From positions 806,001-870,000 of the forward strand of contig VRMN01000003.1 of NCBI GenBank assembly GCA_008690995.1: 64,000 nucleotides of DNA, in the 5' to 3' direction. Within the stretch, counting starts at the first letter, position 1. Each line of letters begins with the position of its first letter. The notes beneath the pieces were generated by a model that saw only the letters and a list, made by a program, of their open reading frames with translations, was not told the DNA's origin and did not search any database. The DNA comes from Porphyridium purpureum (taxonomy: Eukaryota). Shown in pieces: positions 1 through 11,532 of this stretch. The position numbers and the translations under genes are program-made.

Positions 1-3000
1 CATTTTTTTGTCTACCTCACTGACGCCGGTGTCGCTCCGCTGCTGTTGCAGGAGCTGCTGTTTGCGGCTGCTTAGAACGGTATATTCTTCTGCTAGGCGG
101 CGGAATGCGGCGCCTGTTACAGCAACTTGGACTGTTGGTGACGCTACGCGCACAATCGACTGCTCGGGAAGAAGTCCAACCTGGAAGCCCAGGGCTTCCA
201 GCAACTGCTTTCGGGTCCACTTCGTATTGCTTTGAGCATCAACGAAAATAACATTACTGTGCGTATGAGCACCGCTGCTGTTGCTGCTGGACTTGCCGGC
301 TTGCACATCCGCAACTATCACCCGATGCCGCGTATTCAAGATACCACACTGCTTGGCAACACTTATCGCAGTACGAGAGTGGTCACCAGTCACCATAACG
401 CAGCGCAAATCGCCACTTTCGCGCAAGTCTCGGAGGACCGGCGTCGTGTCCGATTTGAGCCGGTTTTCTAGCACAACCAGCCCGAGAAATTTCAGGTCCC
501 GTTCCAGCCGCGCCCGTGGCACCCGTCTAACGTCCGGGAGTTTGAGCTTGCCCCCGCCGCTGCTGCCAGGGACAAAGTCTCTATCTTGCTGGAGCTCGCG
601 CGCCGCGATTGCCAAAATGCGAAGACCCTGCTGCGCGTACTCGGTGAGTACCTTGTGCAAGTTCGCGGGCACAGATGATCGCACGCATTTCATTGCCACG
701 ATCTCAGGCGCACCCTTCACAAAGACAAAGGACTTGCCCGTTTCAGGAGCACCATTCTGATCCTTACCGCGCAACGGAGAGATTTGTGCCACGACTCCCA
801 TGCGCGCTAGCTCTGGATCAAAGTCAAGCAGCCTCAGCACATGAATTTGCTCGTTTCGCTCCTCATCAAAAACACGAAACACAAAGCGAGGCTTCTTCGT
901 GTTCGCCTGCTTGACGCCAATGCCCCTGCTCGACTCATCAGTCAGCTGCTGCTTTGCGTCATGCACCTCAGCGTTGGCCTTGGCCTTCACCCCACCATTC
1001 CCTATTACAGTCGGGCCTGATGCGTTGTCAATTCCACGGACGTAGCCATCGCCGCCCTGCATGGTCGCCGACGTTTGCAGAGTCCAGCGACTCAGCTCAA
1101 ACAGGCGAACGTCCACCTCATCACCCACAATTTCATTGTCGACCCATGCAAGCGAGTGGCACGTTGCAAGAACACGCTCCACCTCACACGGCCATGTGCG
1201 CGCCGCAAAATCAACAAACGGTTCGCTGAACTCGGCATGGCGTTTTCGCTTCGTAGACCCTGCGCCGACCTGCGCTTGCGGCGTCGGCTCCGTTGGCGCC
1301 GATGCTGGAGGTCGAGGCGTGGCAAGGCGCAGCGAGCGCACATCTAAGCCAAGGTCCGTCAGCGTGCCAGTCTTGTCAAAGCAAAGCACCTGCAGCCACG
1401 CGGCGCGCGCCACGCACGCTGCCTCAACGCACAAAATACGTTTCTTTTCCAGACGGGAAAGCGCAAAGACAAGGCCAAATGTAATGGTGGCGGGAAGCGC
1501 GGGCGGCACGGCAATGGTCAGCAAATCAAGGCCGTCCAAGATGGGTTCCAAGCCGTGCATGTGAAAATGCTTGCGGAAGTGGCGGATTGTTATCACGCTC
1601 ATGGTCACACCGACCACGAGCAAGCAGAGCACAACGACGTACGCCTGCCTCTGCATGTGGTTCTCGTTCGAGGTAAGCTTGTCCTTACCCCCGACGATGA
1701 TATCGCGAACCAGTTCACCTCGTACCGTCGCCGCGCCGGTGCGTACCACCAAGCCACGAGGGTTGTCTCGCGCTTCCACAATCCAGGTACCAGCGAAGCC
1801 CATATGCTCGCTCTTCGACCACGTGTCCTCATGCGACTTGGTCTCGGGGGCCGTGCTGCTAATCATGGGCGTAAGCCCTTCAACAGCAAAAAAGTCTCCT
1901 TCATCATAAGTCTGATCGAACGAAACCAGAGCCGCGCCCGTGCCCTCCGCGAATTCATCATCGTAGTCCTCGTACTCATCATCTGAACGGTTGCCGCCGT
2001 GGTCCGAGTCGTCATTGTCCGAATGCGCTTCGGTTATCGGCGGGCTCCAAGCGCTCTTCCTGACCGGGCATGCTTCGCCTGTCAGTGAGGCCTCGTTCAC
2101 GAGCAGGGAGCCTGAAACAAGAGTGACGTCACACATTAGATCCATACCCTGCTCCAAAATGATCACATCACCCGGCACCAGCTGCTCCGAGCTAACACGT
2201 ACGGCTCCGCCGTTCTCACCCCGCTCCACGAGGACGTCACTGGTGATCGCGGCGAGCCGCGCTAGTCGCTGCTGGTTTGAGTAGATTTCTTTTGCCTCGA
2301 GCAGCGCGCTCCCAAGCGAGGTAATCAGAATCATGATCGCATAAAACTCGTAGCGTTCCAGTAGCCAAAGTATCACGGACCAAATTTGGAACAGGAAAAA
2401 CGGGTGCACGAGCTCGTTAAAGAACAGAACACGCAGCGGCTGCGTTTCGATTTCAAGCAAGTTTTTACCAAAGATCACGCGGCGCGACATGGCTTCGCCA
2501 GGACTCAGCTCAATATCGTCGCGTAGCCGCATGGTCTGTTCACCTTGATCGAGGTCGTCGCCATCAGAGTCAGTGCTTTTGTCCTTTTGCGCGAGCTCCT
2601 CATCCTCGGACGGCACCTCAAAGAGCGTGTCCACAACGAGCGAAAGCGAGCACGCCACCGGCAGCAGCAGCCATGGCGAGTTAAAGCTGAGGTCAATTTC
2701 ATCCGCGTCTTCGTCGTCGTCCGTCGTATATTCGTGCGGTGGAGTAAGGTCCACAAGCATGTAGCGGCGGTATCTCACACTGAAGATGCAGCCGCGCAGC
2801 TCGTCCACGCCGTATTTTTCAGTGTACTTGATGATTTGGTGGTATGATTTGAAGCGCTCGCTAATGATGTTGCTCTCACGCATCTGTGCGAGTCGAACAT
2901 ATTTGACAAGGTCGCTAGCCTGGGCAGACGTCTCACACTCGGCAAAGAGCCAGGAGCCGCGCCACGTCTTCACCACTACCAATAGATCATCGTCTTCAAG

Positions 3001-3702
3001 AGACGCGCGCCGATGCGTGCACAGCGTCAGCCAACGGGGCCTTGATCGCACGATGAGGTATGGAATACCCAATGTCATGACGCAGAACAACACGAATAAA
3101 AAGGACCGCCATTTCGAGCGAACAAAGAGTTCCACGCCGACTAGTTCATCAACCTCTGCACGAACTTTGGCCTTCTTCTTGCGCAGCCGGGTGCGCATCA
3201 ATCCGACGTGTTGTTGCTCGCTGATTCCTTGGCGTCGTCCAGACGAATCCGCTCTGCCCAGCGTCGCTCCATAGTACGTGTCGCCTGCGGTTGTGCTGCG
3301 CTGCGGTTCTTTCTCCCCGTGCGCAAGGGAATCCGTATCGCCCAAATCATCAAGATCCCGAACGGAACGCCGCGCGGCCATATTTCCCTTCGCGCCTGCC
3401 GGTATGCCTGAGGTGAAGAAATCTATATCAAAGTGCTTGCGGCCTCGCTCCATTTCCCTTCGCGCGGCAATGTCGTCTTCATCGCCATCACTCATCACGC
3501 CGGACATTCGTCCGTACGGCATGGCGGCCGACGCGCGCCGCGCCGCTGGCGGGTGCAAGAACTGCGCGTGCGGGATCATGCTCGCGCTCATTTTCGCATC
3601 CATGGCAGATCCTACCGCCTGGGGAACTGCGGACGGCGCTATCGGAATCCCGAGAAGTGGACTCGTCTCTGAATTCGATGGCGCCGAGGGCTTGTCCATC
3701 AT
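1..3702 (-). CDS. P5B-type P-type ATPase (ATP13A/Ypk9-like); 3' end runs off the window start
   Basis: Manual translation of the minus strand (absent from the ORF track because no stop lies inside the window). Starts MMDKPSAPSNSETSPLL. Contains HPFFLFQIWS, LVPGD, NEASLTGEA, IAVPPALPATI (P5B PPALP), FDKTGTLT (phosphorylated Asp, ~1370), FLGLVVLENRLK and VMVTGDH. Confidence 0.93.
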   Translation of the reverse strand, partial: MMDKPSAPSNSETSPLLGIPIAPSAVPQAVGSAMDAKMSASMIPHAQFLHPPAARRASAAMPYGRMSGVMSDGDEDDIAARREMERGRKHFDIDFFTSGIPAGAKGNMAARRSVRDLDDLGDTDSLAHGEKEPQRSTTAGDTYYGATLGRADSSGRRQGISEQQHVGLMRTRLRKKKAKVRAEVDELVGVELFVRSKWRSFLFVLFCVMTLGIPYLIVRSRPRWLTLCTHRRASLEDDDLLVVVKTWRGSWLFAECETSAQASDLVKYVRLAQMRESNIISERFKSYHQIIKYTEKYGVDELRGCIFSVRYRRYMLVDLTPPHEYTTDDDEDADEIDLSFNSPWLLLPVACSLSLVVDTLFEVPSEDEELAQKDKSTDSDGDDLDQGEQTMRLRDDIELSPGEAMSRRVIFGKNLLEIETQPLRVLFFNELVHPFFLFQIWSVILWLLERYEFYAIMILITSLGSALLEAKEIYSNQQRLARLAAITSDVLVERGENGGAVRVSSEQLVPGDVIILEQGMDLMCDVTLVSGSLLVNEASLTGEACPVRKSAWSPPITEAHSDNDDSDHGGNRSDDEYEDYDDEFAEGTGAALVSFDQTYDEGDFFAVEGLTPMISSTAPETKSHEDTWSKSEHMGFAGTWIVEARDNPRGLVVRTGAATVRGELVRDIIVGGKDKLTSNENHMQRQAYVVVLCLLVVGVTMSVITIRHFRKHFHMHGLEPILDGLDLLTIAVPPALPATITFGLVFALSRLEKKRILCVEAACVARAAWLQVLCFDKTGTLTDLGLDVRSLRLATPRPPASAPTEPTPQAQVGAGSTKRKRHAEFSEPFVDFAARTWPCEVERVLATCHSLAWVDNEIVGDEVDVRLFELSRWTLQTSATMQGGDGYVRGIDNASGPTVIGNGGVKAKANAEVHDAKQQLTDESSRGIGVKQANTKKPRFVFRVFDEERNEQIHVLRLLDFDPELARMGVVAQISPLRGKDQNGAPETGKSFVFVKGAPEIVAMKCVRSSVPANLHKVLTEYAQQGLRILAIAARELQQDRDFVPGSSGGGKLKLPDVRRVPRARLERDLKFLGLVVLENRLKSDTTPVLRDLRESGDLRCVMVTGDHSRTAISVAKQCGILNTRHRVIVADVQAGKSSSNSSGAHTHSNVIFVDAQSNTKWTRKQLLEALGFQVGLLPEQSIVRVASPTVQVAVTGAAFRRLAEEYTVLSSRKQQLLQQQRSDTGVSEVDKKM

Positions 3703-5571
3703 CCGGCCATGACCACCCAACATTCAGAATACCCGACTGAAACCTCCAATACCGCGCGCGCGGCGGGATCTGCGAACACTGGACGGCGCGAACGAAGGGC
3801 ACACGACAAGGGAGGCAAAAGGACGCACCTTGATACAAGTTTTCAGCCCACCGGAGTAGGTCGGTTGTAATCGCGTCGATTCCCTGCCCGCCTTCCCGCG
3901 TGGCCGCCACGCTCCGCCAACGCTTCGCCACGCAACCACCGAAAGCAAACGGGGTACAGTTGAGCGGGACCTTTTAAACTGTACTTCAAGCGCGCCAGCG
4001 ACTAGCAGCGTAACCGCGTTGCCGGAGCATCAGGCCAGCTCTGGACGCACAGCAGGAATGCTCGCTCACCAGAAGATCGCTCGTGTCGAAGATAATAATG
4101 CCTACATCGGACTGCTCCTCGTGATGGACCATCACCTCCAGAGAAGACACGCACGCACGCACACAGAAAGCGCCTCCTCTTTGCTCAGCTGATTCGAGGC
4201 TGCGAATGCCGCTTCAGTGCTGCTGGCACACGACGCAAGCACCGCTGGCTCCTTGACGCTGCACGAGGCTTTGCGCGCACGCCGGGCAAAGCGCAACCGT
4301 GCGCCTTGTTCTACAATCTTGAATGCAGAATTCCTTTTCTCCGCAAACGATTCGAGGGTCCTTGCTCTGCTCGAGCACAAGGCTTTCAGCACAGAACTCG
4401 GCGCCCGAGCGGGCTGACGGCTCGTTGCACCTGCATCGTTTAAGCGCGGTCTGTTCCTGCCACAAGGATTTCCGTCTTCTGAGGTCAAACGCCGCCAGCC
4501 GTGTTTCATGAGGTACCTGCAGAAAAGCGGCTCATCGCATGAATTCAAACAGCTTCAGAGTCCCTTCCATCTTCCATGTGATTTGCTTCGCCGGATTCTT
4601 CTTATCTTCATGCCACTGCTCAGCCAGACGGAAGCCTTCCGTTCAGAGGCATTCTAGTGCGCGCGAGGAAAGGTCATGGCGTCAATGCACAGAGGAATTC
4701 TGCCTGTGTGGTTCTGGATCGTCGCATTGCTGATGTTGGATTCGCCACGTGTTGCAGAAAGCATCCTGCAATGTCGGCGCGCGTTTCCCTGCGCTCCCGA
4801 CAGAAGCATCCAAACGTGACGAGCCGGAAGTGGAAGCCGCACAGCTCCGGTTCATTTGCTCGCGCGAACTGTACCTAGTGAAATAGAGTGTTCAGTGCAA
4901 GCGTGTTGCGGTTGCGCTGCATGGGAGCCGAGGTGCGCACGGTCGGGCTGCGCAGGACTGCCGGATGTGCGGTTGGGTCCGAGCTGTGAATAGTGATTCA
5001 TGCACGATTCATGCACGTCTGAGACCCTGCCACTTCCGATGGTCTTGCTCCAGAAGGCCGCTGGGCATACATCACTGCGCTGACTGCGCTCTGCGGCAAG
5101 TTGGATGGTAGTTTCGAGGTAGATGCTTCGGCCAGAGCTGTATGGGAAAGTCCTGCAGCATTGGAAGCAAAGAAATCCTCTCGCTTTGGGTCTCCTTTTT
5201 CCAAACGCTGTGTGCACAGGTGCGCGTGATCTCATAAGCCAATGACGGGGGCACATCAGGACAATTCCTCACCGTGTTCTGAAGTTGGGACGCTTGAGCT
5301 GCGCGGGTGCCGGAATTCGGCGCGTGCAAACCCGGCGCTCACTTGCCTTGCGCGCCGAGAATTGATCACAGAAAATCCATTTTCCGTTCTTGCGGCTGCG
5401 TCATAGCCGCGGCCACGCTGTCGAGTCGGCAGACTAGCTTGAAAAGTCTTGTCCAGGTTCGTCGCAGTCTACATTTAAAACCGTTTTCAGAGTCGCTGCA
5501 TTTCTCAGCTCATTCGTCGTATACGTGCGTTCCGCCTCAAGGAGTCAAGCCGGGCGTGGGCGCGTTCAACC

Positions 5572-7086
5572 ATGGGCGCGCTCTTTGTGGGCGCGCCGGC
5601 GCTCTGCGCGACGGCGTGTCGAGCGCCGAGGAGAACTCACTGCAGCGTAGCGCGGATGTGCGATGTGAAGCACGACGCTGCGGGTACGAAAGCGGTGGTC
5701 GTTCTGGGGGATCTGCACTTGCACCCCGAAGCTCCTCGCATGGCACCGTTTCATACCGCGCGGCAAGAGATCCTGCGTGCCCTGGCAGATTTGGGAGTTC
5801 AGCAATCTGATGCATTCTTGGTCAGTGTGGGGGACCTGGGTGCCTACGGAATAGCAGGAACGTCAGCGAGCTTTGAGCTCGCGCGTGACTTCTTGCGGTC
5901 CTTCGGCTTGTCGTATTCGGTGGTCACGGGGAATCACGACCTTGAAGGCCTCGATGAGTTTAAGACAGATCAAGAAAACTTGGACGCGTGGGGACGGGTT
6001 TTCGGCCCAGATACAGACACACTCACGACGCTGACAGAGGGCCTTCCTGTGTTCCGCCGTGAGATCCCTGGCTCGGACATTGTCTTGCTCGGGATGTCAA
6101 CCGTTCGCTTCAGAGAGGCGCGCGGGTCCAGTCATGAAGTTTACATTGATGACGAACAGCTCAGCTGGTTCGACGCTCAGCTGGCCAAGTGCGAGATGGA
6201 AGGAAAGCGCGCCTTTGTGTTTACTCACGCCCCGCCCATGGGCGCGGGTCTGCGTTCGCTGCAGTCAGTCCACGTGAAGAATATGTGTGCGTGGCTGAAT
6301 CACTCGTCTGGTCGCCGCCGACGACGAATTTTCCTGCAAAAGGTCAAGCAACACCCATGTTTGCGATTGTGGGCGTCAGGGCATTTTCATTTGAGCCACG
6401 AGTTCGAAGACTCTGTCACGTTAGTAGAGGGGCGAGCGTGTTTCTTGCAATGCGGCGTCATTGGCCCGGAAAGCTCGAGGGACGGATATCGCCAAACTCG
6501 CATTATCCTCACTGACCCTTCGTTAGGTGACTCGATGAAGATGTATTCCGTCAATCATCACGATGGTGGCTCGCTTCGACTTGACGCAAGTGTTGTAGGC
6601 CAAGATTCTACGGCTGTTTCATTCGCGTTGGAGCACTACCCTCATGATCATGTCGGTAAGGAAAGCTGGTTTCGCACCTTCACGCCGCGACCGGACGACG
6701 GGTGTGTGTTGGAACCTGTCCAGGGTGAAGATGTAGCGGCAGCGAGGGCGGATAAAGTTTGCTGGTGGCACACATCCAGCGGGAGTGTGCTTGGTGTGCA
6801 CGACGGAATGGTCATTGAGTACGATGAGGAAACGCTCGCACCCGTCGGCCTGGTGATGACGGCTGAGGAACTGGCGGGAAGGGATGTTTTCTGGATATCT
6901 GAGGCTGACGCTTTGGTCATTAATCCCCCAGCCGAAGGACTTTCTGTGGAAGTTCTGCACCCGAATGCAGATGGCACCTTTGCAAGACAATATCAACTCA
7001 ACAAACGCTATCGCATTGAAACAAAGCGCAGGGAACAGTTGGCGCGGCAGTGGCTTACGACTCATCGAAAAGAGCTGGAGGCTTAA
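5572..7086 (+). CDS. Calcineurin-like metallophosphoesterase with a C-terminal extension; possible plastid transit peptide
   Basis: Five MPP motifs: GDLH, VGDLG, GNHD, THAP, GHFH. The N-terminus is Ala/Arg/Cys-rich and lacks acidic residues. Confidence 0.85.
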   Translation: MGALFVGAPALCATACRAPRRTHCSVARMCDVKHDAAGTKAVVVLGDLHLHPEAPRMAPFHTARQEILRALADLGVQQSDAFLVSVGDLGAYGIAGTSASFELARDFLRSFGLSYSVVTGNHDLEGLDEFKTDQENLDAWGRVFGPDTDTLTTLTEGLPVFRREIPGSDIVLLGMSTVRFREARGSSHEVYIDDEQLSWFDAQLAKCEMEGKRAFVFTHAPPMGAGLRSLQSVHVKNMCAWLNHSSGRRRRRIFLQKVKQHPCLRLWASGHFHLSHEFEDSVTLVEGRACFLQCGVIGPESSRDGYRQTRIILTDPSLGDSMKMYSVNHHDGGSLRLDASVVGQDSTAVSFALEHYPHDHVGKESWFRTFTPRPDDGCVLEPVQGEDVAAARADKVCWWHTSSGSVLGVHDGMVIEYDEETLAPVGLVMTAEELAGRDVFWISEADALVINPPAEGLSVEVLHPNADGTFARQYQLNKRYRIETKRREQLARQWLTTHRKELEA

Positions 7087-7790
7087 CTTGTCATCGTCCG
7101 AAGTCGTAGTCTAAGAATCCTGCCCTCTCGTGGCCTCTCTGAACTTGCTGATTTGTGAGAAAGCACGGCCCCTTTTACCATCGACACGATTCCGAGCCTT
7201 GAGAATATGAAGCAGCCACACACGAGAAAGGTACAGAGGTGCGAACTGGGCGGCCAGGTAACCCGACTTCCTCTCAGACGGCGAATTGGATAATGGACGA
7301 GCCGCACTGGGTGCCTCGCACGCGAAGCCTCTGCCTTTCGAATCGTGATGAATAAAGGAGCTCTGGAAAGCTTTTGATTTTTAAAGAGCTGTGCGGGTGC
7401 TCTGAATGCGCTGCAGTGCAACATGAAAGTATTCCATGTTCTAAAATTAGGTGAGGCCACGAGTCTGCTGCAGTCTTGCACTTGCACAGAGGAGGCTAGC
7501 ACCAATAAGACCAGCTTTTTGTCGGAGGAAAGGAGAAGTTGGATGACTGGGGTTCACACGTTTATAATGAAGGTAGAGAATTGTTCTGTATTAATGGTGG
7601 GTGTCGCAGATGTCCAGTACATTTACCTGCGACACTTAATCACTGCAAGGATGTCTATTTGGTACCATCCTGGAAGCATTTATTTTCTCAGGGGGGCAAA
7701 GCAGCCGACACAACAGCAACTGGATCATTCCGCAACCACTGATGGATGCGTGCATGCGCATGAAGCGGTCAATTTAGCAGCTGTCGAAAC

Positions 7791-8507
7791 TTACAATGGC
7801 TTGAGTCTCTTTCTCACGATTATGGGCTCCGAGCTTTCAGACTCATCCTCGTGACACTGAACGGTACGTTTCGTACCGGTCTGCTTCTTACTTCCGGGCA
7901 AGGGGTTCTGACTTTGCGCAGCAGAAAAACGAGTTCGGGCGAGCCCTGTCCGATTACTTTCGCGATAACTGTGAGCGCGTGACGACGATGGCCAGGTAAC
8001 CTCTAGGTCCTGCAGAGCTGTTCTCGGGCGAGTCGCTGGCGACAAGCGAGTCCGTAGGTGCACGTCGACATGGACGTTTGGTTCAATGTTTTCTTTGTCG
8101 GCTGAGGTCGAGACATCTTGTTCCGCGAAGGCCGGCAGTGCCGGCATCTCCCCCGAAAGGGCCCGGTTGGCCTGTCCTTCGCAAGCGGTCTGCCGTGTCA
8201 CTTTTGTTTCGCAAGGTTTCTCCAGGGTGAGCTTGTACTCCCAAAGTCGCCTTTCGGGTGCATCAGGCAAGGAACACTTTGAACTCATGACATAGCCAGA
8301 CTCTGTTCCACTACTTTCCGCCCGGGCCGGTGGACTGTCCAAATGGCGCAACTGCATCGAGCGGAGAGGCGGTGACGTCGAGGGCGAGCGCAACAGCATA
8401 CTGGTCCCCTGATGTTGGCGCGAGGTGCTCCACACCACCGGTGTCCTCTTTGAATATGTGGCCATCCAAAAGCCGGTCTTCCCTTTCCTAGGCTCGCGGG
8501 ATTCCAT
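7791..8507 (-). CDS. Hypothetical disordered Ser/Arg-rich protein with a KEN box and D-box (start 8507 or 8465)
   Basis: Open frame of about 225-240 aa. Contains DKENIEP, RTALQDL, several SP/TP sites and a basic C-terminus RKRLKPL. No globular domain recognised. Confidence 0.55.
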   Translation of the reverse strand: MESREPRKGKTGFWMATYSKRTPVVWSTSRQHQGTSMLLRSPSTSPPLRSMQLRHLDSPPARAESSGTESGYVMSSKCSLPDAPERRLWEYKLTLEKPCETKVTRQTACEGQANRALSGEMPALPAFAEQDVSTSADKENIEPNVHVDVHLRTRLSPATRPRTALQDLEVTWPSSSRAHSYRESNRTGLARTRFSAAQSQNPLPGSKKQTGTKRTVQCHEDESESSEPIIVRKRLKPL

Positions 8508-9216
8508 ACCGAACCCATGCACGAACGCTCGAGCCCCAGTACGTTCCTCTCGCTCTGCCAAACGCGAGCACGTCGATATTCTTGATCTGCAGGCCGAGTA
8601 GAGCTTCTTCTCATGACCACCACGCTGTCGTCTGGCACACCAAGCCCACACCCATTTGATTGCTCCTTCCTTGACTCGCACATCCTCCCGAGCCGCGCAA
8701 GCCGACGCTCGACGCGACGCTCATAGCGTTTATGTTCCCAGCTGAGAAAAACGCCCTTCTACGTAGCACGCAGGCCCGCGCGTTCCACTCTCTCTCACAC
8801 ACTGAGAAGAGAGCTAAACCGCAAGCACTGCGGAGCGTGGTGCATTCATGCGCGCGACGGAGAATGCAGACCTTCGGACCTTGTGCGTGAGGCAAGAGCT
8901 GCGTCCGCGCGGTCGCGCGGCTCCATACGCATCCAGCGCGGCGCCTCGCGGTGTCCGGGGACGTTCCTCCGGCACGCAAACGCCTCCATCGCCACAGGTA
9001 CGCGCACTCGCGTCGACTTGCTCGGCTCCGTGCTTCTCTTTTTGTTTCAATGCAGGTACAGGTTGACGGGTGTACTGTACATGTGCTGGTGTCACATTCT
9101 TGTGGCCACGACTTGAAGTGGACAAGCCGCGTGGCACAGCTGCAAGGACCGGTTGCTGCTGGTGTCTCGGTGTGTGTATTGAGGACTTGCTTTTGGAGTT
9201 GGGGTGGTGGCTGGTG

Positions 9217-10455
9217 ATGGCGGTAGCCGTGTTCGGCGCGCGCGCGCTTCTGACCGTGCCGCTCATTGTTTGGGGCCTCGTTCTGGCGGTCGCCGCGTTG
9301 GATCCGATTGGCGCGCAGTCAAACGCCGTGTTCCAGTCGCGCCTCTCGGCAAATAGTGGAGATAGCGACGGCGCGGCGGCAAAGGATAACTTCCGGCCGC
9401 TCGCTGCGACAGTTGGTCGAACGGACAGCACGTATGTCGAGGGAGGGATTACGATTCTGGACGAGCATCGACCCCCAATCACGCAGAACGTGCCGCCGCC
9501 GCAGCGGGGACCGGCGCTCCGCATTTGCGTGACGGGCGGGGCAGGCTTCATTGGATCACATCTGGTTGATAAACTCATGTCGATGGAGGAGGGCCACACC
9601 GTGATTGTCGTCGACAACCTCTTCACAGGATCCAAGGAAAATCTCGCCCAGTGGTTTGGAAATCCGCGCTTTGAGTTCATCCGTCACGACGTCACGTTTC
9701 CTTTGAACCTCGAAGTTGACCAGATCTATCATTTGGCATGCCCAGCAAGCCCCGTCCACTACAAGTGGAACCCAGTCAAGACCCTGAAAACGTCGTTCCT
9801 AGGGACCATGCAAATGCTTGGGCTCGCGAAGCGTGTGAAGGCGCGCTTTCTGCTCGCTAGCACCTCAGAAATCTATGGTGACCCGCTCGTTCATCCGCAG
9901 GCGGAAAGTTACTGGGGCAACGTGAATACACTTGGTGTGCGCAGTTGCTACGATGAAGGCAAACGCGCGGCAGAAACGCTCACGATGGACTACCACCGGC
10001 AAGAAGGCGTTGAGATTCGCATCGCTCGCATTTTTAATACGTATGGTCCCCGAATGTCCCTGTCGGACGGCCGTGTCGTAAGCAACTTTGTCGGACAGGC
10101 CATTCGTGGAGAGAAGCTCACGGTGCAGGGCAATGGACAACAGTCGCGCTCGTTTTGCTACGTCTCCGACATGGTGGATGGTCTCATCAAGCTGATGAAT
10201 ACGGAAGGCATCGATGGTCCTGTCAACATAGGTAATCCAAACGAATTCAGCATCCTGGAGCTGAGCGCGATCATTCGCGACGTCGTCAACAAGAATGTTG
10301 AAATCGACTTTGTGCCACAAACTCAAGATGATCCGAAACAGCGGCAACCGGATATTTCGCGAGCAAAGGCGTGGCTCGGGTGGGAGCCCAAGATCCAGGT
10401 GGCTGAGGGGATCAAGAAAATGGCTACTGACTTCCGGACGCGCATTCGCGGATAA
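9217..10455 (+). CDS. UXS1: UDP-glucuronate decarboxylase (UDP-xylose synthase), membrane-anchored type
   Basis: [61 protein letters not shown]. Hydrophobic signal/anchor after the first ATG at 9217. Confidence 0.96.
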   Translation: MAVAVFGARALLTVPLIVWGLVLAVAALDPIGAQSNAVFQSRLSANSGDSDGAAAKDNFRPLAATVGRTDSTYVEGGITILDEHRPPITQNVPPPQRGPALRICVTGGAGFIGSHLVDKLMSMEEGHTVIVVDNLFTGSKENLAQWFGNPRFEFIRHDVTFPLNLEVDQIYHLACPASPVHYKWNPVKTLKTSFLGTMQMLGLAKRVKARFLLASTSEIYGDPLVHPQAESYWGNVNTLGVRSCYDEGKRAAETLTMDYHRQEGVEIRIARIFNTYGPRMSLSDGRVVSNFVGQAIRGEKLTVQGNGQQSRSFCYVSDMVDGLIKLMNTEGIDGPVNIGNPNEFSILELSAIIRDVVNKNVEIDFVPQTQDDPKQRQPDISRAKAWLGWEPKIQVAEGIKKMATDFRTRIRG

Positions 10456-11088
10456 GGAACTTTGTTCAAATTAAGCTTGCGGAGAAATGTGACATTATTT
10501 CTTTGGTCGGCGGCCACCTTTGCAATGACCAGGTGAGGAACCAGCGTGAACGTACGGTTTCTGGATTTCTGAGGCTGGCGCCTGGATCCTCAGTTCTCAA
10601 GCCGAAGGGCTGACCATGGAATTTCCGCACCGGAATGCGGACAACACCTTTGCGAGATAGTGTCAATTTAGCAAACGCCGCAATGCTGAAATAAAGCCCG
10701 GATAACAGATGGTTCGGCAAGGGCCCGCGGCTCGACGGAAAGATCTCGATGCCCAGCTTTCCGTCGTTTGTAATCATTGTCTTCGAAATCTGCTCTTTCG
10801 TGGCCTTTCAGACCCCGAACTTCCGGATAACAGCGTACCAGCATAGTGTAGCTCCGCAACCAACCATGCTATCACGGACCGGGACCTTGATGGCGCAAAA
10901 AACAATTTATTGCGGAATTTTGAAACGCTTGTGGTCGAAGTACTGGGTTTTGCCTTCGGGTCCTGATCCTTCCCCGTCTGGTGCCGGCCCGGTGCACAGT
11001 TTCCACCGAGTCCGCACGCCGCCAACTTTTGATCTTTGCGGGCAACTTGACTTTGGGATCAGGCGAGAAGACGGACATCTCAGTTTCT

Positions 11089-11532
11089 CTAGGCGATAAT
11101 CGCGGTTCCGTACTTCCAGTTCGGGGGCAGGTACTTGACGCGCTTGTAGTATCGAGCGAGTCTGTGAATGCGGGACTCAATCAGAATGAGTCGGAACTTG
11201 GAGTCGTTGTCTTTCCTGTTTCGTTCCAGATGCTTCCTCATGGAGCGAGCCTTCTTCATCATAAAATACAGGTCCTCCGGCAGCTCCGGCGCCAACCCGT
11301 TCGTGCGCAGAATCCTCAGAATCTTATTCGAGGTCACGGCGTGAACCTGCGCAATTCCTTGCGTATCCCTCAACGTCACGCCGATCTGGGACGGCACGAG
11401 ACCCTTCTTGGCCAGCTTGCAGATCTGGTCGACCACATCTTGCGGAGACGCCTTGAGCCACCCCGGCGCAGTCCTCTTGTAAGGCAACGACGACTTGGAG
11501 TTACCCTTCCCTTTGCTGTGCATGCGACCCAT
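11089..11532 (-). CDS. RPS13: 40S ribosomal protein S13 (uS15)
   Basis: [10 protein letters not shown]...LPEDLY...[30 protein letters not shown]. Confidence 0.99.
   Translation of the reverse strand: MGRMHSKGKGNSKSSLPYKRTAPGWLKASPQDVVDQICKLAKKGLVPSQIGVTLRDTQGIAQVHAVTSNKILRILRTNGLAPELPEDLYFMMKKARSMRKHLERNRKDNDSKFRLILIESRIHRLARYYKRVKYLPPNWKYGTAIIA

Noticed and set aside
7423..7854. 143-aa plus-strand ORF in an AT-richer gap
   Set aside because: No motifs, and it overlaps the 3' end of the opposite-strand gene; probably UTR.
8814..9680. 288-aa minus-strand ORF
   Set aside because: Mostly antisense to UXS; no recognisable domain.
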